Assembly: GCA_963664305.2 (NCBI GenBank)
Contig: CAXXLV010000002.1
Location: 1,312,001-1,376,000 of the forward strand
Origin: an uncultured Aliarcobacter sp.
GTDB lineage: Bacteria > Campylobacterota > Campylobacteria > Campylobacterales > Arcobacteraceae
Direction: 5' to 3'
Length of the DNA stretch: 64,000 nucleotides
In this document: positions 28,842-38,695 of the stretch, piece by piece
Layout of the letters: the number at the start of each line of letters is the position of its first letter
How positions within the stretch are numbered: position 1 is the first letter of the stretch
Position numbers and translations under genes: made by a program
Notes under the pieces: generated by a model
Seen by the model: the letters and a program-made list of their open reading frames with translations, nothing else
The model's database searches: none
What the model was told of the DNA's origin: nothing

Positions 28842-30317
28842 TTACTTATTTTTATCAATGGAAAAAATTATTCTGTTTTTATTGATTTTTTGGGCAATAA
28901 TTCCATAATTTTCCAACTTTTTAAAGTCTAAAACTTGTTCATCATTTACAGTGTAATGGATATAATAATCTGCATTAACATACTTTATAAATTTATAAAG
29001 TTCTTCTTCATTTAAACTATCTTTTTGTAATTTTACATACAAATCTTTCATCTGTTTATCTCTATTATCAAACCAACCTATTCCACAACTTGGAACAAAA
29101 TGTAAAGTTGGATTGAAATATAAAGCTTTATAAATATCAATGTTCATTCTATTTAATAAAATTGTTTTATTATTAAACTCTTCTGCTTTAAAAATTTTTC
29201 CATCATTTAGTTCTGTTTTAAAAGAGTATGTACTAAATCCATATGCAAACATAAAAATAGAATATGGGATTACTATAAAATAAAAAATTTTTGCTTTTGA
29301 AGAGTAATTAACATATTTTTTTGCAAATATTAAATATTTTCTTATTTGATTAAAAAATTGTTTTTTATCACAATCAATAACATAAGCCATAAAAACTATA
29401 ATAATTATTGGTAAAAAAAGATAAAAAAATCTTCCTTGATTTATCCATAAAATAGAACTTACTAACAAAAATAGTTCTAAAATTTTATCTTTGAAAAAAC
29501 TATATTTATAATATAAAGTGATTGAAACAATCAATACAAATATTATTAATAATAGTTTAGAATTGATATTAGTTAAAAATTTAAATAATGGCATACTTTC
29601 TGAAACATTTAAACCGCTTCTTAGTTGTTGGTCTGTTAAAACATATTTCACAATATCTATAAAACCACTTCCATCATTTATTAAATAATAAATCAAAACA
29701 AGAATTGAAGCTAAAAAAATCCCAAAGAATTGTTTATATTTTTTTTGTATTAAAAAAGTCAAACCTAAAAATGCACTATAAATATAATAGACATAATAAA
29801 AAGGTCCATAAATTAGAGTGATTATAAAAACTGGCCAAAATTTATTTCGTAATAACAACACAAATAAAACATATAAACCTGATAATAAATCTGGTCTCAC
29901 ATTTAAGTATCTTAAAAATGAAAAAATCACCACACTAAATACAACTAAATATATCAAGGTTTTAAAATCATAATTTATTTTTCTTCTTATATGTGAATCT
30001 ATTAAAAGCATCAAAACAAATAAAACGACCGTATTTATTGCTATATGAACAGTTTCATAAGAAAATATTTTCAAAAATAAAGCAATAAGTAAATGCCAAT
30101 TATGCCAAGGGTCATATTCACTAAATAAAGATTTTGGGAATACTTCTCCCCAATTTTTCATAACATCAAGATTAGCTGCAAAAGAGATATGTCTTAAACC
30201 ATCATCAATCATACTTACATCAATACTAAATGAAAACAAAAATGCTGCAACAAAATAGATAACAACACTTACATAAATTGGTAAATAACTTTTGTATTTA
30301 ATATCTGAAAAAATCAT
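28842..30317 (-). CDS. Polytopic membrane protein, putative GT-C fold glycosyltransferase
   Basis: About 10-12 TM helices, acidic DD pair (MIDDGLRH) right after TM1, RPD motif, soluble C-terminal domain; divergent from gtrA. Confidence 0.55.
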   Translation of the reverse strand: MIFSDIKYKSYLPIYVSVVIYFVAAFLFSFSIDVSMIDDGLRHISFAANLDVMKNWGEVFPKSLFSEYDPWHNWHLLIALFLKIFSYETVHIAINTVVLFVLMLLIDSHIRRKINYDFKTLIYLVVFSVVIFSFLRYLNVRPDLLSGLYVLFVLLLRNKFWPVFIITLIYGPFYYVYYIYSAFLGLTFLIQKKYKQFFGIFLASILVLIYYLINDGSGFIDIVKYVLTDQQLRSGLNVSESMPLFKFLTNINSKLLLIIFVLIVSITLYYKYSFFKDKILELFLLVSSILWINQGRFFYLFLPIIIIVFMAYVIDCDKKQFFNQIRKYLIFAKKYVNYSSKAKIFYFIVIPYSIFMFAYGFSTYSFKTELNDGKIFKAEEFNNKTILLNRMNIDIYKALYFNPTLHFVPSCGIGWFDNRDKQMKDLYVKLQKDSLNEEELYKFIKYVNADYYIHYTVNDEQVLDFKKLENYGIIAQKINKNRIIFSIDKNK

Positions 30318-30395
30318 TTTTCTCCTATAAAACCGAATTTAAACTTATCTTATGATATACTAAATTGATTTTAAATTATATTATGAAAGTTTGAT

Positions 30396-30803
30396 TTGTT
30401 AAAAAATTTTATACTCAATAAGTCTAATTGTAAAAAAAATCAATTTATTAAATATTTTTTTGTAAGTGGAATATCATTTATTGTTGATTTTTCAATATTC
30501 TTTTTTTTTGTTAATTATTTAGATGTTCATTATCTAATTTCTAATGTTCTTGCATTTTTATTTGGATTAACGACAAATTATATTTTAAGTATTAGTTTTG
30601 TTTTTACAAACAGAAAAATTAATCACAAAATGAAAGAATATATTTTATTTGCAAATATTGGAATTATTGGTTTATTAATAAATCAAGTTACATTATTTGT
30701 TTGTATTGAAAAATTTGAAGAGAGTTTAATTGTAAGTAAAATTTTATCAACAATTATAGTTTTTCTTTGGAATTTCTCTGCTAGAAAAATATTATTATTT
30801 TAA
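30396..30803 (+). CDS. GtrA family lipid-linked sugar flippase
   Basis: Four TM helices, QFIKYFFVSG..SFIVDF, NYILS..FVF, WNFSARK. Confidence 0.9.
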   Translation: MLKNFILNKSNCKKNQFIKYFFVSGISFIVDFSIFFFFVNYLDVHYLISNVLAFLFGLTTNYILSISFVFTNRKINHKMKEYILFANIGIIGLLINQVTLFVCIEKFEESLIVSKILSTIIVFLWNFSARKILLF

Positions 30804-30815
30804 TTAAGGTTTTAA

Positions 30816-32372
30816 ATGAAAAAAAAAGTATTAATCATTGGGGCAGGACCAGCAGGTTTAACAGCAGCCTACGAACTATCACTTGATGATAAATATGATA
30901 TTACTATTTTAGAAGCTTCAGATGAAATTGGTGGAATTTCAAGAACTATTCTTTACAACGGAAATAGAATAGATATTGGTGGACATAGATTTTTTTCTAA
31001 ATCTGATAGAGTTATGAATTGGTGGCAAAATATTTTACCAATTCAAGGAAGTTTAGCAAAAGACTACAAACAAACAAAAACTATCACTGAAGTTTCAACT
31101 TTAAAAAATGCACCCGATCCAGATATTGAAGATAAAGTTTTATTAATTAGAAATAGATTATCAAGAATTTTATTTTTAAGAAAGTTTTTTGATTATCCAA
31201 TCTCTTTGTCTTTAAAAACCATAAAGAACTTAGGAATTATAAGAATAGTAAAAATTGGAATGAGTTATATTTATAGAACTTTTTTCCCTTTAAAAGATGA
31301 ATCAACATTAGAAAACTTTTTTATCAATAGATTTGGAAATGAACTTTATAAAACATTTTTCAAAGATTATACACAAAAAGTTTGGGGTGTACCTTGTGAT
31401 AAAATCAGCTCACAATGGGGTGCTCAAAGAATAAAAGGTTTATCAATTACAAAAACTATAATTCATGCTTTAAAGAAAAATTTTAAATCAAAAGAGAACA
31501 TAAATCAAAAAAATATAGAAACAACTTTGATTGAAAAATTCTTTTATCCTAAGTTTGGTCCAGGACAACTTTGGGAAGAAGTTTTAAATATCTGTTTATC
31601 AAACGGTGTAAAAATTGAAAAGTTTTCAAAAGTAGATAAATTAACTATTGAAAATAACCAAATTAAAAAAATATTCTCATCATCAAAAGAGTATGAAGCA
31701 AATCACATCATATCTACAATGGCAATAAAAGATTTGATAAATTCAATAGAAGATAAAAAGCTTGATAATAAAGTAAAAGATATTGCCCAAAATTTAGTTT
31801 ATAGAGATTTTATAACTGTTGGAATTCTTTTAGAAAAACTAAAAATCAATAATGACACAAATTTTAAAACTATAAATAACATCATCCCTGATAACTGGAT
31901 TTATATTCAAGAATCAGATGTAAAAGTTGGACGTATCCAAGTTTTTAATAACTGGAGTCCATATATGATTGAAAATCCAGATAAAATTTGGATTGGATTA
32001 GAATATTTTTGTAATGTTGGAGATGAAATTTGGAATTTATCAAAAGATGAATTAAAAGAGTTTGCAATAAATGAACTTGTTAAAATTGATTTAATTGATA
32101 AAAAAGATGTACTTGATTCAACAGTTATAAAAGTAGAAAAAGCTTATCCTGCATACTTTGGAAGTTATGATAATTTTGATGAAATCAAAAAATATATAAA
32201 TACTATTGAAAATCTTTATTGTGTTGGAAGAAATGGAATGCATAGATACAATAACATGGACCATTCAATGCTAAGTGCAATGGAAGCTGTTAAGAATATA
32301 AAAAACAATATAAAATCAAAAGATAATATTTGGTCTGTAAATACAGAAGAAGAGTATCACGAAAGTAAATAA
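30816..32372 (+). CDS. FAD-dependent oxidoreductase (protoporphyrinogen oxidase/UDP-galactopyranose mutase-like superfamily)
   Basis: [45 protein letters not shown]. Confidence 0.85.
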   Translation: MKKKVLIIGAGPAGLTAAYELSLDDKYDITILEASDEIGGISRTILYNGNRIDIGGHRFFSKSDRVMNWWQNILPIQGSLAKDYKQTKTITEVSTLKNAPDPDIEDKVLLIRNRLSRILFLRKFFDYPISLSLKTIKNLGIIRIVKIGMSYIYRTFFPLKDESTLENFFINRFGNELYKTFFKDYTQKVWGVPCDKISSQWGAQRIKGLSITKTIIHALKKNFKSKENINQKNIETTLIEKFFYPKFGPGQLWEEVLNICLSNGVKIEKFSKVDKLTIENNQIKKIFSSSKEYEANHIISTMAIKDLINSIEDKKLDNKVKDIAQNLVYRDFITVGILLEKLKINNDTNFKTINNIIPDNWIYIQESDVKVGRIQVFNNWSPYMIENPDKIWIGLEYFCNVGDEIWNLSKDELKEFAINELVKIDLIDKKDVLDSTVIKVEKAYPAYFGSYDNFDEIKKYINTIENLYCVGRNGMHRYNNMDHSMLSAMEAVKNIKNNIKSKDNIWSVNTEEEYHESK

Positions 32373-32392
32373 ATCCTAAAAAGGATTTATTT

Positions 32393-32833
32393 TTAATAAG
32401 CAGTTATACCTATGTAACCTTCTTGTTGTTTTTCAATAACTTCAACAATTCCAGCTTGAGTATAAGAAATGCCATCTATAAAATCGCTTTCTTTCCATTT
32501 CATTGTTTCCATTGTATTTCTACAAGCAACAAATTCCACGTCGTATTCCATCAAAGATTTTACTCTATTTAAAGTATTTGCATCATAATCTTTTTTTAAA
32601 ACTCTTAAACCTTTACCATAAGCAACAACAACTATTTTTAAACTCTCACTTGGATACTCTTTTAAAATATTATACATTGAACCAATTGTATGATTTACAG
32701 TTTCTAAATCACCTACATATAAAGAATATACAACTTTTCTGGGATTATCAAAAGTTGGTTGAGGGTCACTAAATTTTGATTCAGCAAATGAAAATATTGC
32801 CAATAAAGAAATTAATAAAATTTTTTTAATCAT
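32393..32833 (-). CDS. DsrE family protein (exported)
   Basis: Signal peptide, VVAYGKG, FVACRNTM, AGIVEV. Confidence 0.85.
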   Translation of the reverse strand: MIKKILLISLLAIFSFAESKFSDPQPTFDNPRKVVYSLYVGDLETVNHTIGSMYNILKEYPSESLKIVVVAYGKGLRVLKKDYDANTLNRVKSLMEYDVEFVACRNTMETMKWKESDFIDGISYTQAGIVEVIEKQQEGYIGITAY

Positions 32834-32835
32834 TT

Positions 32836-33282
32836 TTATCCTTTGATTTTTACTTCCATATCTTTAAATATGAAGCCACTTTTAATTATCTTACAATAAA
32901 GTCCCCTATGAGCTTTTAATAGTTGTGGTAAATTTTTACCAAAAACACTCAAATGATTACAAACAGTACAAACTTGTGTTATTTCAATAATAGCATCACC
33001 TATTATTAGATTTGTTCCAACTTCTAAATCGTGTGGGTCAAAATCTAATAAAATATTTTCTCCTAAACTCCCAAACTCTAAATTTATACCTTCTTCAAGT
33101 GCTATTTCATAAGATTTCAATCCTACAATCATAACTGTTTGCTCAAGTTTTTTTCCAGCAAATTTATCATTTTCTATTCCAAAATTTTCTATTAGATTTA
33201 ACTCTTTTACCTTTGGTCTTGGAAGTCCACTTGACTCTTTTGTAGCACTAAATATTTCTAATACTTTTCCTAATTTTTTCAT
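32836..33282 (-). CDS. MOSC domain protein
   Basis: GIENDKFAG, GSLGENI, ITQVCTVC, RGLYCKIIKSG. Confidence 0.88.
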   Translation of the reverse strand: MKKLGKVLEIFSATKESSGLPRPKVKELNLIENFGIENDKFAGKKLEQTVMIVGLKSYEIALEEGINLEFGSLGENILLDFDPHDLEVGTNLIIGDAIIEITQVCTVCNHLSVFGKNLPQLLKAHRGLYCKIIKSGFIFKDMEVKIKG

Positions 33283-34077
33283 TTATTTCACATTCTCTTT
33301 TAAAATTTCTAAAAAATCATCTTTTACCCAAGCACCTGGATACTGTTTTATAAAAGTTCCATCTTTTGATAAAATAAAAAATGTTGGTGTTATCTTTTTA
33401 TAAACTTTTTGTAAATCAAAAGGTAGAGAAGATTCGTCCATATCATTTTTTACAAAAACATAATTTTTATCCATCTCTTTTTTTACTTCATCTAGATTTA
33501 AAACATCCCTATCCATTCTTTTACAAAAGAAACATGATTTTGATGTTGCATAAACTATGATTTTTTTATTTTCCAATTTTGCTTTTTCTAAAATTTTCTT
33601 TTCATCTACAAATGAAGATTTTAAAACTCTTTTATCTATTTGATTTGAATTATTACTATATTCCATAAAATAAATTGCTAGATTTTTATAATCATCATCT
33701 GATAATAAACCTTTCATCGAAAGTTTCGTTTCATAAAAAGGTAAAATATGTTCATCACAAATTGAATTAAATCTATCAGGATTTTCTAAATAGGATTTTA
33801 AATAATTTTCTATTTCTATTTCTTGCATCTCAACATCACTTGAATCACCTATTTTTTTAGGACTTTCCATAATTGCATAAGCTATCATATTTGCTGTTGG
33901 AGCTTTTAAATTAAGTAACTTATTATTCTTTTCAAAGAAATTCTCTTTTATAGTATTCATTGAAATATAATCAATATGACAAGATGAACATTTGCTTTTA
34001 AAAACAATTTCACCTTCTTTGAAATCTGCAAATAGATTAAGAATAAAAAAAAGAGTTAAACATAAAATTTTTATCAA
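33283..34077 (-). CDS. Cytochrome c / SoxW-like thioredoxin fusion protein
   Basis: Signal peptide, CSSCH heme motif near the N-terminus, C-terminal thioredoxin fold with SCFFCKRM and TPTFF. Confidence 0.8.
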   Translation of the reverse strand: MIKILCLTLFFILNLFADFKEGEIVFKSKCSSCHIDYISMNTIKENFFEKNNKLLNLKAPTANMIAYAIMESPKKIGDSSDVEMQEIEIENYLKSYLENPDRFNSICDEHILPFYETKLSMKGLLSDDDYKNLAIYFMEYSNNSNQIDKRVLKSSFVDEKKILEKAKLENKKIIVYATSKSCFFCKRMDRDVLNLDEVKKEMDKNYVFVKNDMDESSLPFDLQKVYKKITPTFFILSKDGTFIKQYPGAWVKDDFLEILKENVK

Positions 34078-34170
34078 AATAAAATCCTTTTCAACTTAAA
34101 AAATATTTTGATAAAAATATCTATTAAATTGAAAAAGTATAAAGAATATCTTTATACTTTCTCTTTGAAA

Positions 34171-35937
34171 TTAGATAATTCCAGGATTACCTTTTACTCC
34201 AATAATATCAGGAGTATCAACTTTGATATTACTAATATGTTTTACATTTTTTAAATATGTTTCAACAGTTTCCCAAACAGGTTCACCCTCACTTTGAGCT
34301 CCAACAGTTGACCAACCAGCAACTTTATATGCTTTAGAAGCATCAAGTTTTTCACCAGTTTTTGTAAGAACAATGTCAGAAATTCTTTCACCCATTTTTG
34401 CTTTTGGATTAATTTTATATGAAATTCCACCTGTTCTTACCATATCTCCACCTTGTTGATAGAATGGATCTTCGTTAAATAAGTTATCAGCAACATCTTC
34501 TAAAATGTTTTTAATATCAGCACCTTTGATATCTCTTGCATAAGTTTCTGGATATGTCATAGCTGTTTGAGTCATTAAATCATCAAATGTGATTGTTTGA
34601 CCTGGCATTACAGACGTTCCCCATCTAAATCCTGGAGATAATGAAATTTGTGCTTCTTTAACTTCTAAAAGTGCATCACAAATAATTTGGTCCCAAGAAC
34701 CATTAAAGTTCCCTCTTCTAAATAGAGTTTGTTCCGTTGTAGCTATTTCTCTTGTCAGTTCTTTTAAGAAAGGAAGTCTTACATCTTCGATATATTTTTT
34801 CATATCTTTATCTTCTGTAATTAAATCAGAGAAAATAGGTAATAAAGTAAATTTAAAGTCTTTGATTTTTCCATTTTGAATATCTAAATCTAGAACATTT
34901 AAGAATTTACCATTTGATCCAGCGTTACAAACATAAGTTGTTCCACTTGCATTTTTAACTGGAACTGCTTCTGGAACACCATCATGAGTATGTCCACCCA
35001 TAATAAAATCTATTCCTGTACAAACTTCAGCCATTTTTTTATCTGTATCAAATCCGTTGTGAGATAAAACAATAATTGCATCTGGTTTTTCTTCAGCTTT
35101 AATTTTGTTTACAATCTCTTGCATTTTGTCATCTTTAATACCAAATGTCCAATCAGGGATAAATCTTTGAGGATTTGCAATAGTTGTATATGGGAATGCT
35201 TGACCAATAATAGCAACTCTTGCTTTTCCTAATTGTTTGATAGTATAAGGTTTAAATGCTAATCCACTATCTTCATCATAAGCTTCTGCACCATTCATAA
35301 GTGCATCTTCTTTAACAAAAACATTTTGAGCTAAAAACTCAGCATTTAATGCTTTTACATTTTCTAAAACTTCTTCAGCTTTATATGTAAATTCCCAGTG
35401 ACCAACAGCAACATCAACACCAAGTAAATTCATAGCACCAACCATGTCTTTTCCTCTTGTCCAAAGTGCTGTTGCAGTTCCTTGCCAAGTATCTCCACCA
35501 TCTAATAAAAGAGTTTTTTCTTTTCCAAAACTATTTCTTAAAAAATCAACAACAGTTTTAATTTGAGCAAAACCACCTGTTTTTCCCATTACTTTTGCAT
35601 GTTCTTCAAAATTTACACATGAATATGCATACTCTAATCTTTTATTACCTTTGATTCCATAATAATCAAGGAATTTTTCACCAACAATATGAGGTGGTTT
35701 TCCTAAATTACCAAATAATCCAAGATTAACACTTGGTTCTCTAAAATACACAGGTAACAACTGTGCATGAGAATCTGTCATATGTAATAATCTTGCATTC
35801 CCAAATGGCTTTAATTTATAATAATCTTCTAACTTGTTTATTGTTTCAACCATTCTTGTATGTGAATTTGCAAACACAGGAGCAGCACCAAGTACAGCCA
35901 TCATATAAACAAATTCTCTTCTACTTAATTTACTCAT
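34171..35937 (-). CDS. soxB: Thiosulfohydrolase SoxB
   Basis: Tat signal SRREF, TDSHAQL, REPSVNLG, DGGDTWQG, GHWEF, GGHTHD, QQGGDMVR. Confidence 0.97.
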   Translation of the reverse strand: MSKLSRREFVYMMAVLGAAPVFANSHTRMVETINKLEDYYKLKPFGNARLLHMTDSHAQLLPVYFREPSVNLGLFGNLGKPPHIVGEKFLDYYGIKGNKRLEYAYSCVNFEEHAKVMGKTGGFAQIKTVVDFLRNSFGKEKTLLLDGGDTWQGTATALWTRGKDMVGAMNLLGVDVAVGHWEFTYKAEEVLENVKALNAEFLAQNVFVKEDALMNGAEAYDEDSGLAFKPYTIKQLGKARVAIIGQAFPYTTIANPQRFIPDWTFGIKDDKMQEIVNKIKAEEKPDAIIVLSHNGFDTDKKMAEVCTGIDFIMGGHTHDGVPEAVPVKNASGTTYVCNAGSNGKFLNVLDLDIQNGKIKDFKFTLLPIFSDLITEDKDMKKYIEDVRLPFLKELTREIATTEQTLFRRGNFNGSWDQIICDALLEVKEAQISLSPGFRWGTSVMPGQTITFDDLMTQTAMTYPETYARDIKGADIKNILEDVADNLFNEDPFYQQGGDMVRTGGISYKINPKAKMGERISDIVLTKTGEKLDASKAYKVAGWSTVGAQSEGEPVWETVETYLKNVKHISNIKVDTPDIIGVKGNPGII

Positions 35938-36043
35938 TTTTTTACCTTATTTATTATTAATATACATAAATATGAACTTGAAAAAAAGCTCAAATTTATA
36001 TAAAAATTTCTATTTTCAGCAAGTTTTACTATTTTTTGACAAT

Positions 36044-36072
36044 AAAAAAAGCCAAGAGTTAAATCTTGACTT
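36044..36072 (-). terminator. Terminator between the soxA-associated orf and soxB
   Basis: Minus strand AAGTCAAGA...TCTTGGCTTTTTTT stem plus U-tract. Confidence 0.65.
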
Positions 36073-36101
36073 CTTTTAAAGTAGACATATTGACTAAAAT
36101 A

Positions 36102-36524
36102 TTAATATTTATAGCCGTCACTTGGACTAGCTAATTTCCAAGTTGTTTTTGCTTCTTCTTCTTGAACTAAAGCACTAATTGCAAAAGAACAAGCTCTCCA
36201 AGCACCAAACTCTATTGTTGCTTCTTCAGTTTTTTTACCTTTGTTATCAACAATATCAATTGTTTTTGCACCACTTTTTAAAGAGTTATTAACTGCTTCA
36301 ATATATTGGCTAGCTTTCATCCCAAGTCTCATAAATTCAACTTTGTGTTTTACAGCAATTTCATTATATTTTGCAGCTGTTTCAATAACTTTTTCTATAC
36401 CATTAGCTTGAACATTACACTCTTTTTTAACATCTAATTTAGATATTTCAGAAGCACCTAAAGTTGTTAGTCCTAAAGTTGATAATGCTGTAACTGTTGC
36501 GAATTTTAAAATTGTTTTTTTCAT
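36102..36524 (-). CDS. Exported Sox-associated hypothetical protein
   Basis: Likely start ATG 36524 (AAGGTG RBS), MKKTILKFATVTALSTLGL signal peptide; two Cys; lies between soxA and soxB. Confidence 0.75.
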   Translation of the reverse strand: MKKTILKFATVTALSTLGLTTLGASEISKLDVKKECNVQANGIEKVIETAAKYNEIAVKHKVEFMRLGMKASQYIEAVNNSLKSGAKTIDIVDNKGKKTEEATIEFGAWRACSFAISALVQEEEAKTTWKLASPSDGYKY

Positions 36525-36537
36525 AATCTTCACCTTA

Positions 36538-37452
36538 TTACTTTCTAATATCTGGACCGTCAATTGCCATTCCATTTGACATATAAGCCATGAAATAGAT
36601 TAACTCTTTCATTTGTGTACTTTCGTCTTTTGGAGCAACTTGCCCTTGGTCAACTATACAACCTGATAATCTTCTCTCTAATGTACCTAAATCTTCCCAT
36701 TTTAATCTATGAACAGGGAATTGAGTTATTTGTCCAGTTAATGGAGAAAGTTTTTCATTTCTAACTCTTTGTCCTGCACCTTGAACGTGACAAGTTGCAC
36801 AAGATAATTTTAGATAACCTCTTTGAGTATAGTAATATTCTTTACCATTTTCGTATGCTTTTTTAGCTGCTTCACTTTGAATTTTAATGTCAAATTTTTT
36901 ACCAGCTTCAGTTGTAGCATTTACTAAATATGCTTGAATATTAGCCATATCACCTTTTTGAGTATTAAACTCTTTTTCGCCATTGTCTCTTAAACAATCA
37001 TTAACTGCTGATGTTAAAGAAACAACATCTTTTTTCTTTTCATCATAATATGGGTAAAGATTTGCTACAGCTGGATCAGGGAAACAAGTTGCAAATGAAT
37101 TACCATTAGCAAATTTTTTGTTATATAACTCTTCACCTGCATCAATAGCATCTTCATAAGGTGGCATCTCTTTTATAGCTTCATATTGAGCTTTAGCATC
37201 TTTTGAAAATGCATAAGTTCCAATGTTAAAATCATTATGTTTTAAACCTTTTGCATAATCATTTTTTAATTCTTCACTTGTTGAATAAGGAAAGAATTTA
37301 TCTTTATTTTTTTCTGGATCTTCAAATTTTGCTTCAAAATATTTGATCATTGCAATTCTGTCTTTTTCAGCTCCAGCACTAAAATCTGCAGCATTTAAAG
37401 AATATGCTGCTAGAACTAAAAGTGCAGTTGATTTAGCAATTTTTAATAACAT
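36538..37452 (-). CDS. soxA: L-cysteine S-thiosulfotransferase subunit SoxA (monoheme type)
   Basis: RGYLKLSCATCH, FPVHRLKW, ERRLSGC active-site Cys; first heme site degenerate (FATCF). Confidence 0.95.
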   Translation of the reverse strand: MLLKIAKSTALLVLAAYSLNAADFSAGAEKDRIAMIKYFEAKFEDPEKNKDKFFPYSTSEELKNDYAKGLKHNDFNIGTYAFSKDAKAQYEAIKEMPPYEDAIDAGEELYNKKFANGNSFATCFPDPAVANLYPYYDEKKKDVVSLTSAVNDCLRDNGEKEFNTQKGDMANIQAYLVNATTEAGKKFDIKIQSEAAKKAYENGKEYYYTQRGYLKLSCATCHVQGAGQRVRNEKLSPLTGQITQFPVHRLKWEDLGTLERRLSGCIVDQGQVAPKDESTQMKELIYFMAYMSNGMAIDGPDIRK

Positions 37453-37488
37453 GGTTTCTCTCCTTTTTGATTTAATTACTTGAAGTAA

Positions 37489-37794
37489 TTATTTGATTTT
37501 CTCACTACTTACGTCAGTATTACCTTTTAAATCTTTCCATGTTAATTCAATTTCATCACCAACATTTGCACCTTTAAATGAGAATTTTAAATAAGGGTCT
37601 TTTGATAAAAATTGAGAAGTTGATGCTTCATATACAACTTTATCTCCAACTTTTGCAACAACATAAGTGATGAAGTTTGCTTCTTTTTTTGCTCTTTCAG
37701 CTTCTTGATAACTTAACATTGGGTGAGATGCTAATGCTTTAACTTCAACAATTCCATCTTTTAATTTTGCTTTAATTTTTGTAGTACCTGCCAT
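37489..37794 (-). CDS. soxZ: Sulfur carrier complex protein SoxZ
   Basis: VKALASHPM, SKDPYLKFSF, WKDLKG. Confidence 0.93.
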   Translation of the reverse strand: MAGTTKIKAKLKDGIVEVKALASHPMLSYQEAERAKKEANFITYVVAKVGDKVVYEASTSQFLSKDPYLKFSFKGANVGDEIELTWKDLKGNTDVSSEKIK

Positions 37795-37857
37795 TTTATT
37801 TTCCTTTAAATTTTTTATTTTTCTATATTAATTAAATGATAATTTAGTTGAGTTAAA

Positions 37858-38310
37858 TCAACCACCACATCCACCAATAGTAACTTTTACTAATTTAGAA
37901 ACTGCGTGTAATTTACCTTCTGCTTCAGCAACAACTGTTACAGTTCCTGTTTTTGCCATTTTAATTCTGATTGCATAATCTGCAACGCTAAATTCATTTA
38001 AAGAGAATATAGCAACAGCACTTTCTGGGTTTGCATCTTGGAATACTGCAATTTTTGTAGCTTTTAATTGAGTATCAAAAGATACAGGAATAACTGCACC
38101 ATTTTCAGCAATATCAGGAGCACTTAAATTAATTCCACCTTCAACAGTAGCTGATGTTCCAAAAAGTTCTTTTATAGCTTCATCAACTTTAGTTGCTTTC
38201 CATGCATTTGGTTTTGTTTCTCTAAAATCAACCGCACTTAATTTACCTGGAATTGCAGCAATTGCAATTGCACCTAATCCTAAACCTAAAAAATTTCTTC
38301 TATTAATCAT
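37858..38310 (-). CDS. soxY: Sulfur carrier protein SoxY
   Basis: Tat signal NRRNFL, APDIAENGAVIPV, C-terminal VKVTIGGCGG arm. Confidence 0.97.
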   Translation of the reverse strand: MINRRNFLGLGLGAIAIAAIPGKLSAVDFRETKPNAWKATKVDEAIKELFGTSATVEGGINLSAPDIAENGAVIPVSFDTQLKATKIAVFQDANPESAVAIFSLNEFSVADYAIRIKMAKTGTVTVVAEAEGKLHAVSKLVKVTIGGCGG

Positions 38311-38326
38311 TTCAATTTCCTTTTTA

Positions 38327-38680
38327 TTAATTTATCGTTTTTAAATATGCAACAACTGCTTTAATTTCTTCATCAGTTAACCATCCATTTTTACCAAATG
38401 CAGGCATAGCAGAAATAGGATTTGAAGTATATGGATCAAATACTTTTTCATATAATGCTTCTTCAGGCCAAGCTGCTAAATATTGTAATACTGGTCCCAT
38501 TGTTCCTGGTCCATCTAATGTTTTACCATTAATTGCGTGGCAAGCTATACAATTTCCCTTAGTATTAGTTGTAAAGATTTTTTCACCTTTTTTAACTAAT
38601 TCATCATCAGCTGCAAAACCACTTACAGCAATAAAACCACTTATTGCTGTTGCTGTTATTAAATTCTTGATTATATTCAT
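38327..38680 (-). CDS. soxX: Cytochrome c SoxX
   Basis: KGNCIACH, GTMGP, SAMPAFG; position in the sox cluster. Confidence 0.93.
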   Translation of the reverse strand: MNIIKNLITATAISGFIAVSGFAADDELVKKGEKIFTTNTKGNCIACHAINGKTLDGPGTMGPVLQYLAAWPEEALYEKVFDPYTSNPISAMPAFGKNGWLTDEEIKAVVAYLKTIN

Positions 38681-38695
38681 AGCACTCTCCTTTAA

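Noticed and set aside
30500..30510. Poly-T run in gtrA (and other A/T homopolymers) as a phase-variation tract
   Set aside because: A/T runs are common at this base composition, the frame is intact, and I saw no long poly-G/C tracts in the window.
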